Source: Terrimicrobiaceae bacterium
GTDB lineage: Bacteria > Verrucomicrobiota > Verrucomicrobiia > Chthoniobacterales > Terrimicrobiaceae
DNA length: 10,749 bases
Direction of reading: 5' to 3'
NCBI GenBank assembly: GCA_044342325.1
Contig: JBIIPZ010000066.1
Span: 1-10,749 of the forward strand
Shown: piece by piece, positions 1 to 6,918 of the stretch
Layout: every line of letters starts with the position of its first letter
How positions within the stretch are numbered: the first letter of the stretch is position 1
The notes under the pieces: generated by a model
Told to the model about the DNA's origin: nothing
What the model saw: only the letters and a program-made list of their open reading frames with translations
Database searches by the model: none
Program-made: the position numbers and the translations under genes

Positions 1-107
1 TATGCACCGAACTCAACGCCACAGAAATCTGCTATCCCGGCACCACCCTCCGCCTCGTCTACCGCCCAATCAGGTCATCCGTTTTCCCGAGAGGTCAGGA
101 TGTCTGA
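1..107 (+). mobile_element. 3' end of a putative IS transposase gene and probable element end (partial, runs off the window start)
   Basis: Frame 3 from base 3 reads CTELNATEICYPGTTLRLVYRPIRSSVFPRGQDV* (TGA 105-107) and is not in the supplied ORF track. It resembles the C-terminus of a family of putative transposases as I recall it (LC.ELN.TE..(F/Y)PGT.LRL.Y...P..QE/DV*). It directly truncates the IS1380-like remnant on the other strand. Confidence 0.55.
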
Positions 108-428
108 GGGTAGATTGGTTGGCCACAACTCCGGCAGGCCGCATGCGTGAGCTTGTGCGCCTTGCACAAGCTACCCCGCAAAAATCCAACACCTTTTCCA
201 CGGGAGTCAGATTGTTGCTGGAGCGAGGCATGCGATGCGGAAGCGCTTTTTCCAACACCGAGACAAATCCGCTCGCATGCAGCCAGCCGCAAAAATGTCG
301 CCGTTCCCGCATGCATGCTGATGCGCCGGTCAGCGAAATCGATCGCCATTGATTTCCCCGCAATCTCGAACTTGAGTTTTCCAATCTCCGATTGATGAAG
401 CGGGTTAGCCCCCTTTTTTTTCTTTCAT
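108..428 (-). pseudogene. IS1380-family transposase pseudogene (N-terminal part only; frameshifted, deleted, truncated)
   Basis: Stitched across frames: MKEKKG/ANPLHQSEIGKLKFEIAGKSMAIDFADRRISMHAGTATF/CGWLHASGFVSVLEKALPHRMPRSSNNLTPVEKVLDF/LRGSLCKAHKLTHAA/LPEL/VANQSTL. This matches the IS1380 N-terminal pattern (F.D..(I/L)S..AG...F ... LTH ... PEL ... VASQSTL). ATG at 428-426. Frameshifts fall in homopolymers at 409-421, 291-295 and 180-184. Confidence 0.7.
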
Positions 429-542
429 AACATCCCAATAGAGTTTTTTTCAACTCCATCGTTATGGATAAGCTTTTAAAAGCAAAGTCCACCACACTGG
501 GGCAGGTCCAAGAAGGTGTAATAGTATCGAATCAATTTTCAC

Positions 543-570
543 TTGTCTTTTTCGACTTTCCTTTTATTCT
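543..570 (+). promoter_or_regulatory. Putative sigma70-type promoter for the cassette
   Basis: TTGTCT (543-548), 16-bp spacer, TATTCT (565-570) in an AT-rich intergenic tract, ending 8 nt before ATG 579. Confidence 0.4.
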
Positions 571-578
571 AAAGTGAC

Positions 579-3500
579 ATGAAGCCCCTCATGCCGCACA
601 GTAGCCAGTTCATCCGATTACGCCATGCTTCCACCAAGAGCGGCATGGCCTTGGTTTTGGTCCTGAGCGCAATCGTTCTCTTGAGCGTGCTGATTTTGGC
701 ATTCATGTCCAGTGTGGGTGTGGAGCGCGTGGCATCCGGCTCCCAGCTCAACCAAACCGAGGCCCGCGTGCTGAGCGAGAATGTGCTCAGCCTTGTCACC
801 GCACAGATTCGAGACGCGAGCACGCAGAATGGTATCGCTTGGATTTCCCAGCCAGGCGCCATCCGGACCTTCACCGGCTCCCAACAACCCGATAAGGTCT
901 ATAAGCTTTATTCCGCTGAAGAAATGGTCGTCCCGGGATCGAGCTTCAATCCCGCCTCGCTTGCAGATTTACCCACGGGCGGGGGGGCGTTGGATAACAA
1001 CATGTATACCGACTTGAATTCGCCCGTCAGAGTTGGCAGCACATGGATTTATCCCATCCTCGATCCAGCTGCCCTCGATGTCGTGGAGGGGTTTTCCGCT
1101 AACTCCACGAGTGTCGCTAAAAACACCATCGCCGGCAACCCTGCGCAGATCCCCATGCCGGTTCGCTGGCTCTATGTGCTGCAAGATGGCACACTCCAAG
1201 CAATGGATGGCTCAGGCAAAGTCACCTCCGCCTCGGCAACAAATCCCATAGTGGGTCGCGTGGCTTTCTGGACGGATGACGAAACCTGCAAGCTGAACAT
1301 CAATACCGCCAGCTCCGGCATGTATTGGGATCAACCAATCGGGAGTGGCAACCAATTTGAAAGGGGAAATTTTACGACGGGAACGGCGGGCTCTCTCCCC
1401 GTTGTAGACAGATCAGGTCTCGCCTCCTCACCTCCCGGAGTTCGCGAATTTCAGAGATATCCCGGCCACCCGGCGATGACTTCGCTGGATGTCGTTTTCA
1501 ATAATACAAAATTCTTTTCTTCAACAACAAACAACACAGAACGCGTTAAAAAAATCCTCGAGCTCACTCCGCGGGCAAATTGGGGTGGGTCCGAATTGGG
1601 AACCAAATTTCCGGTTACAACGGCGAATGGCTCGGTGACGCTCGACAAGGATCGGCTCTACGCGACGGTGGATGAACTTTTCTACAAACACTCCGGAAAC
1701 AGAACTCAAATGGCGACAAATAACGGCACAGCCACTCCTGCCATGAATATGACCCCCGCCAACCTCAGCTTGGCCAGATTCTTCCTCACGGCAAACAGCC
1801 GCGCCCCGGAAGTCACCGCCTTCAACACCCCTCGTGTCACAATCTGGCCAGTGGACTCGACGGCGGCCAACCGCACCGTTTTTGATAAGACCATCGCCTT
1901 CTGCTCCACAGTCAATGGGACGGAGTATGTCTTCCAGCGATCGGCTTTTGATCCGTCGCAAATCGGATTGGTGACCAATAGTTCCTTCACTGGAGCATCG
2001 CAAACAGGCTCGCAGAACGCCACTCTGGAATCCCCCGCAACAAATCCCACCCCTAAACAACAACATAACTCCACCATCTACAACTACCTGAAGGGATTGA
2101 TGTCCAAACCCTACCCCGGTTTCGGGGCCAGCCTCGCCTCCAAATTCGGGACCGACAGCGACCAGATCCTCACTGAAATCTACGACTACATCCGTTGCGT
2201 GAATCTCTTTGACTGCAGCGAGCCAACTGCAAGGCCATTTACTGGGCGTCCCTTTTATGTAAATGAACCTGGTTTCAGCAGAAGCCTGCAATCAGGGCTC
2301 GCCTTGCCAAGAACCCCGACTGGAAATCTTGGCTACTATCTTGCATCCGCATACATGGGGCAGGTCGTTCCGGCTGAGATCGGATCAACGAGGGGGTTCG
2401 GTCGATTTCCGACAATTGTGGGAGCCACCCTCGGATTTTTCGCCACCGATACGAACCCGGCAAGAACTGCGGCAGATTTCGCCAACGGGACTTTTTTAAA
2501 TTTTAATATAAGCGGCAATCGCAGTGCCCTCAGCGGAAATTGGACTGACCCCTACACGCAGCCGGCTGGAAAAATCAGGGGTATGCTGGTCTTTTCGCTT
2601 GCCACACCCGCTGCGGGACCTCTGGCCCATACCCACACCTACGACATCCGCGTCAATAGCGGCTTCTCTTCCTTTAGAGTCGGTGCACCTGGGAATCTTT
2701 ACCCGGTCGATATGCCCGATGGTTCCATCAACCGCGTCCTGGGAATTTCAAACCGAGTTTTGGAATCATCAGGTCTACCGCTCTGGGATAACCTTTTGTT
2801 TGGACCGAGGGTAGACAATCTTGCCAGTAAAACATATTCGAATACTAAAAAAATAAATCCGACCGGAGACTTTGCCAATAGCTATCCCTTTTTCAGCCAA
2901 AGCGACATACCCGTCTCAGGAAATGACTTAGAGTTCACCGGCGGGACATTGTCTGTCGATATCCTAGTGGGCGGCCAAGTCGTGCAAAATGTGCAAATGA
3001 ACTTCCCGGATTTCACAGCCCCCATGCCACTTTGGGCTCCGGTTTCAGTAAAGCACCCTCCGGTTGCTAATTCTTATGAATTAATTGACGGCAGGAATGT
3101 CATTGTCACAGGGGGTAATTCCACTGGAAATTTCACCGTGGGGCCAGTCGTTCACAGTGGAAATGCCACCGCAACTTTTACTTCGGGAAACTGGAGTAAT
3201 CGAATATCTGCCGGTGCCGGCGGAGAGGCCGGTCGCATGAGATTTTCGTCACCTTGGGGTATGCTCTCAACATTAGCCATAGCATCATGCTTTATGCCCA
3301 ACAATGTTGATACCGTTCGAGGTATCGAACTCAACACCTCGGCCCCACCCTTTGGCGATGCGCGACTGGTGGCCGGGCTCAGGAATGTTCCTTCGAGTTA
3401 TTTTCAGCCATGCGAGGGTTATAATAATACCTCCCAAGAACAAGCGCACAGCCTGCTGTGGCACCCCAGTGCCAAGAATGGCAACTTGGTCAGCGTGCCC

Positions 3501-4703
3501 GCCGGACTAAACGCGAACTCCAGCGCCGCCGCGTCTCAACTCTACGGACTTCCCAGCACACTCACTGCCGCGACTCGGAGCGATAACGGCCCAGGCGATT
3601 GGGATCTGCGAGCTTCCAGATCCGCCGATGGCGGCGTAGGTGGCTTTAGTGAGGCCGGTGCCTTCATCAATAAGTCAAGCGAGGCTGCATTCTCCTTTAG
3701 GAGCGGCAATGGATCGACGGCACTTCCTTACTTCCAGTCTTCTGCGATGATTGTGTCGACAGATAACTCATTCTCGCCAAATCGCATGATGCCATCGGCC
3801 GGGATGTTTGGCTCCCTGCCTGTGGGAGTCAAGCGCGGTCTGCCGTGGCAGACCTTACTTTTCCGGCCCCCAGGCCAGACGACTGGAGGCCACCCTGGTT
3901 CTGCAAATCCACCCGACCACCTCATTTTAGATCTCTTTCAGATGCCGGTGGTGGAGCCTTACGCCATCAGCGAGCCCTTCTCGACGGCAGGCAAGGTGAA
4001 CCTGAACTGGCAGATCGCCCCCTTCAGCTACATCAAGCGCTCGACCGCCCTACGCGGCGTGCTCTATCCGGAAAAGATCATCGCCGTGCCGACCAGCAAT
4101 GCTTATTTGTTCAGATGGAATCCGGACGGGAACAATAACACCGACGACACTTTCAACTATCGCTACAACATAGACCGCGACGCGACGATGACGCTTTTTG
4201 AGAAGCGCTTCACGGATAATGCCCCCTTCCTCACCGCCTCGCAGATCTGCGAGATGCCCCTGGTGCCAAAGCCGGAGAATGTGAGCGCCAGCGGGCTTCT
4301 GCCGGCTTCCAAGAATCCATACACAACGACACTGCCCGCAAATTCCACCGACATCCAAGTCACCAACTATGTCAATAGCTTCTGGTCAAACACCACTCTT
4401 GGCGGGGCTGGCACCGCCGACAACCTCCGGGAGCGCCCCTACACCACCATCTATCCGCGTGTGACAGTGAAATCGAACACCTACACCGTCCACCTGCGTG
4501 TTCAAAGCCTGAAAAAGCGCCCGGGGTCGGATCCCCAGACATTTGACCAGACGAAGGACACGGTGACCTCCGAGTATCGCGGATCGTTTATGATCGAGCG
4601 GTTTCTGGATCCCAATGCCGCAAACTTTAGCATTACTGACGCAAACTCAACGCTCGGGCCCTACAAGTTCCGGGTGGTCAACACGAAGCAATTTTCCCCT
4701 TGA
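579..4703 (+). CDS. vccA: Verru_Chthon cassette protein A (large prepilin-like membrane-anchored protein, TIGR02600-type)
   Basis: 1374-aa ORF. Basic leader, then KSG|MALVLVLSAIVLLSVLILAF hydrophobic helix with no Glu5. Contains family-typical blocks WISQPGAIR, KLYSA, MPVRWLYVLQDG, VGRVAFWTDDETCKLNINTA, EFQRYPGHPA, FFLTANSRAPE, DQILTEIYDYIR, FSPNR..PSAGMFGSLP, PPDHLILDLF.MPVVEPYAISEPFSTAGKVNLN, DNLRERPY and EYRGS..IERFLDP. It is the first of four coupled genes. Alternative start at 591. Confidence 0.93.
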   Translation: MKPLMPHSSQFIRLRHASTKSGMALVLVLSAIVLLSVLILAFMSSVGVERVASGSQLNQTEARVLSENVLSLVTAQIRDASTQNGIAWISQPGAIRTFTGSQQPDKVYKLYSAEEMVVPGSSFNPASLADLPTGGGALDNNMYTDLNSPVRVGSTWIYPILDPAALDVVEGFSANSTSVAKNTIAGNPAQIPMPVRWLYVLQDGTLQAMDGSGKVTSASATNPIVGRVAFWTDDETCKLNINTASSGMYWDQPIGSGNQFERGNFTTGTAGSLPVVDRSGLASSPPGVREFQRYPGHPAMTSLDVVFNNTKFFSSTTNNTERVKKILELTPRANWGGSELGTKFPVTTANGSVTLDKDRLYATVDELFYKHSGNRTQMATNNGTATPAMNMTPANLSLARFFLTANSRAPEVTAFNTPRVTIWPVDSTAANRTVFDKTIAFCSTVNGTEYVFQRSAFDPSQIGLVTNSSFTGASQTGSQNATLESPATNPTPKQQHNSTIYNYLKGLMSKPYPGFGASLASKFGTDSDQILTEIYDYIRCVNLFDCSEPTARPFTGRPFYVNEPGFSRSLQSGLALPRTPTGNLGYYLASAYMGQVVPAEIGSTRGFGRFPTIVGATLGFFATDTNPARTAADFANGTFLNFNISGNRSALSGNWTDPYTQPAGKIRGMLVFSLATPAAGPLAHTHTYDIRVNSGFSSFRVGAPGNLYPVDMPDGSINRVLGISNRVLESSGLPLWDNLLFGPRVDNLASKTYSNTKKINPTGDFANSYPFFSQSDIPVSGNDLEFTGGTLSVDILVGGQVVQNVQMNFPDFTAPMPLWAPVSVKHPPVANSYELIDGRNVIVTGGNSTGNFTVGPVVHSGNATATFTSGNWSNRISAGAGGEAGRMRFSSPWGMLSTLAIASCFMPNNVDTVRGIELNTSAPPFGDARLVAGLRNVPSSYFQPCEGYNNTSQEQAHSLLWHPSAKNGNLVSVPAGLNANSSAAASQLYGLPSTLTAATRSDNGPGDWDLRASRSADGGVGGFSEAGAFINKSSEAAFSFRSGNGSTALPYFQSSAMIVSTDNSFSPNRMMPSAGMFGSLPVGVKRGLPWQTLLFRPPGQTTGGHPGSANPPDHLILDLFQMPVVEPYAISEPFSTAGKVNLNWQIAPFSYIKRSTALRGVLYPEKIIAVPTSNAYLFRWNPDGNNNTDDTFNYRYNIDRDATMTLFEKRFTDNAPFLTASQICEMPLVPKPENVSASGLLPASKNPYTTTLPANSTDIQVTNYVNSFWSNTTLGGAGTADNLRERPYTTIYPRVTVKSNTYTVHLRVQSLKKRPGSDPQTFDQTKDTVTSEYRGSFMIERFLDPNAANFSITDANSTLGPYKFRVVNTKQFSP

Positions 4704-4711
4704 AGAAGCGC

Positions 4712-5152
4712 ATGGCTCATAACAGGCGGCAAGCTGCTTTCAGCCTCGTGGAGGTCGTGATGGCCTTGGGCATCGCCGCATTTTGCCTGGTAGCCCTCCT
4801 GGGCTTGATGCCCGTGGGGTTGAAAACCGTGCGAGATGCGCGAGGGGACTCTCTGCGGGCCGAGGTCCTGAAAGCCATGGGCAATATTGCCCAGCAGACG
4901 GATTATTCCCTGCTCGGCAACTTAGCTGGTAAAAAATACTATTTTGATATCAATGGCTTGGTCGTCAGCTCCACAAGCGCGGATGCCATTTATGAAGCAG
5001 TCTTAAGCACCGGAACGGTGAATGTCCCCAGCTCATCCACCTCAACGGCCCTCTCAGGAGCGACTTCGGTGACAGTCGCGATTCGCCGCTCGGCCAATAC
5101 AAACAGCGAGGCCACAACCCACACCCTTTTTATTTCCAACAATGGAAATTAG
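4712..5152 (+). CDS. vccB: Verru_Chthon cassette protein B (type IV pilin-like N-terminal cleavage/methylation motif, TIGR02598-type)
   Basis: RRQAA|FSLVEVVMALGIAAFCLVALLGLMPVGL prepilin motif with Glu5, plus YYFDING motif. About 146-150 aa. Start is ATG 4712 or TTG 4700 overlapping the vccA stop. Confidence 0.9.
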   Translation: MAHNRRQAAFSLVEVVMALGIAAFCLVALLGLMPVGLKTVRDARGDSLRAEVLKAMGNIAQQTDYSLLGNLAGKKYYFDINGLVVSSTSADAIYEAVLSTGTVNVPSSSTSTALSGATSVTVAIRRSANTNSEATTHTLFISNNGN

Positions 5153-6269
5153 GCCCTCCCAAGGAATACATCCACAGATGCTTCCAAGCAGGGCGTTCAC
5201 GCTTGTGGAATTGATGGTCTCCATGGCCGTGTTAAGCGTGGTGGGAGTCTTGATTCTCACGATGGTGGGCAATGTGTCATCAGTGACAAAACGCACGCGG
5301 GATCAAGTGGAGAGCTACCAAGGCGCGCGGGCTGGCTTTGAAGCCCTCACACGCACGATCGCGCAAGCCACGCTGAATATTTACTGGGACTACTACGATA
5401 GCACAGGCAAAGCAGCGAATGAATACGGCTATAGCGGAACGCCAGCGAAATATGGTCGCCAATCGGAACTCCACTTCCGCAGCGGCCCCACAGACAGCTT
5501 GTTCGGAGCATCCAACGGCGGGCTGACGCGACCAACGCACGGCATTTTTTTTCAAATCCCCGGAGGCGTGACTTCCGACTCCACACTGAAACAGCTGAAC
5601 AATACCTTGAATGGCATTGGATTTTTTTTGGAGTTTGGCGACGACGAAGCACTCCGGCCAAGCTTTCTTGCGACGGAAACATCCATCCCCAAGCGCTACC
5701 GGTATCGCCTCCTGCAAATGCAGCAGGCCACCGAAAATCTGCAAATTTACAGCTCCAGCAACGGCACGGCTTGGTTCCAAGACCCGCTGGGATTCGGCAG
5801 CACCACAGTGAATGCGGCCAACAGGCCGGCGAATGTGCTTGCGGAAAATGTGATCGCACTGGCGATCATTCCCCGGCTTTCCCCCACAGAGGATGATCCC
5901 AATAAAACTTCCCGTGGGGCTTCTTTGGTGAGAGACGACTACAATTACGATTCACGCACGGCCAAATCCTATTCGGCGACAAGCGCAACTGGAACCACCA
6001 TGAGCGGCACCACACTGCACCAATTGCCTCCGCTCGTGGAGGTGATCATGGTCGCGATCGATGAAACCTCTGCCCAGCGATTGGCTGCTGAGTTTGGCAC
6101 AAATCCACCGGATTTGGACCAGGAGGAGTTGTTTAAAACCATATCAGACATAGCAGATGTGGATGCCGATCTCGATAAATTGGAAAAAACTCTGGTTGAT
6201 AAAAAGTTGAATTACCGCATTTACCGTAGTGTGGTAGGCATTCGAGGGGCCAAGTGGAGTGCGAATTAG
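5142..6269 (+). CDS. vccC: Verru_Chthon cassette protein C (pilin-like N-terminus, TIGR02599-type)
   Basis: SRA|FTLVELMVSMAVL prepilin motif. Contains QATLNIYWDY, Y.RQSELHF, HGIFFQ.P.G, LNGIGFFLEFGDD...RP.FL, RYRYRLLQ, LAENVIAL, HQLPPLVEVIMVAIDE and a C-terminal IRGAKWS. ATG 5142 overlaps the vccB end; alternative ATG at 5178. Confidence 0.9.
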   Translation: MEIRPSQGIHPQMLPSRAFTLVELMVSMAVLSVVGVLILTMVGNVSSVTKRTRDQVESYQGARAGFEALTRTIAQATLNIYWDYYDSTGKAANEYGYSGTPAKYGRQSELHFRSGPTDSLFGASNGGLTRPTHGIFFQIPGGVTSDSTLKQLNNTLNGIGFFLEFGDDEALRPSFLATETSIPKRYRYRLLQMQQATENLQIYSSSNGTAWFQDPLGFGSTTVNAANRPANVLAENVIALAIIPRLSPTEDDPNKTSRGASLVRDDYNYDSRTAKSYSATSATGTTMSGTTLHQLPPLVEVIMVAIDETSAQRLAAEFGTNPPDLDQEELFKTISDIADVDADLDKLEKTLVDKKLNYRIYRSVVGIRGAKWSAN

Positions 6270-6294
6270 AAAAACCTTCCGACACACAAGAGAC

Positions 6295-6855
6295 ATGAAA
6301 CGAAACGCCTTCAGCCTCATCGAACTCCTGGTCGTGGTGGCGATCATCGGGATTTTGGCCACCTTGTCGGTGCCGGCGTGGAATGCGATCGCCGAGGGCA
6401 ACAGGATGACTTCGGCCGCGCAATCGCTTTCCGACGGCTTTCGTCTGGCACGTCAGCTGGCACTGGCCAAAAACTCCCCGGTAGAGTTCCGAATTTTCAA
6501 CACCCTGCCGAAGGATGGAGTCACATCAAATTACTGCGCGTTCGCCTATTACCAGCTCACAGATAGCGGCACGACAAATCAAATGACGCGGACCAATTTT
6601 TTGCCAACTGGCACGGTCCTGTCGACAGCGGCGAACTATTCCACGCTGATCGGCCCAAATGGCCCCTCGTATAGTGCATCCCCTGCCTACAACAGCTTCA
6701 GATTCCGACCAGATGGCAGCACCGACCTGGTGTCCACAAATTGGTATGTCACAATCGTGCGAGAGCGTGATGCTACAAATACAACGCTTCCGAACAACTT
6801 CATCACCATCAAGCTGGATGCCTTCAATGGCAATGTGAGCTTTTATCGGAAATAA
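6295..6855 (+). CDS. vccD: Verru_Chthon cassette protein D (GspH/FimT-like pilin, TIGR02596-type)
   Basis: MKRNA|FSLIELLVVVAIIGILATL prepilin motif. Contains LARQLALAKNSPVEFR, FRFRPDGSTDL and P.NFITIKLD..NG.V. ATG 6295 is preferred over GTG 6259. Confidence 0.9.
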   Translation: MKRNAFSLIELLVVVAIIGILATLSVPAWNAIAEGNRMTSAAQSLSDGFRLARQLALAKNSPVEFRIFNTLPKDGVTSNYCAFAYYQLTDSGTTNQMTRTNFLPTGTVLSTAANYSTLIGPNGPSYSASPAYNSFRFRPDGSTDLVSTNWYVTIVRERDATNTTLPNNFITIKLDAFNGNVSFYRK

Positions 6856-6863
6856 CCTCGGAA

Positions 6864-6902
6864 CGCCGCAATCGACCGTGCACGTAGCGGCGGGCTTTTT
6901 TT
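6864..6902 (+). terminator. Possible weak intrinsic terminator after vccD
   Basis: CGCCGC (6864-6869) can pair with GCGGCG (6887-6892) around a 17-nt loop, followed after 3 nt by T7 (6896-6902). The geometry is imperfect. Confidence 0.3.
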
Positions 6903-6918
6903 AAAAAGAAACATACAT

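Noticed and set aside
150..172. 9-bp hairpin AGCTTGTGC-N5-GCACAAGCT
   Set aside because: Single copy inside the pseudogene with no U-tract; no function can be supported.
455..485. Possible IS1380 left terminal repeat near 472 and the AAGCTTTTAAAAGC near-palindrome
   Set aside because: No partner end is in the window, so the boundary cannot be defined.
2..495. ORFs 2..352 (+), 147..395 (+), 70..495 (-) and 95..349 (-) as real genes
   Set aside because: The two minus-strand ORFs are alternating frames of the IS1380-like pseudogene, and the plus-strand ones are its antisense shadows.
1521..2291. 256-aa antisense ORF and other short ORFs within vccA-D
   Set aside because: They fully overlap well-supported genes and have no recognisable motifs.
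579..4703. Diversity-generating retroelement acting on vccA
   Set aside because: I saw no reverse transcriptase and no template/variable repeat pair in the window.
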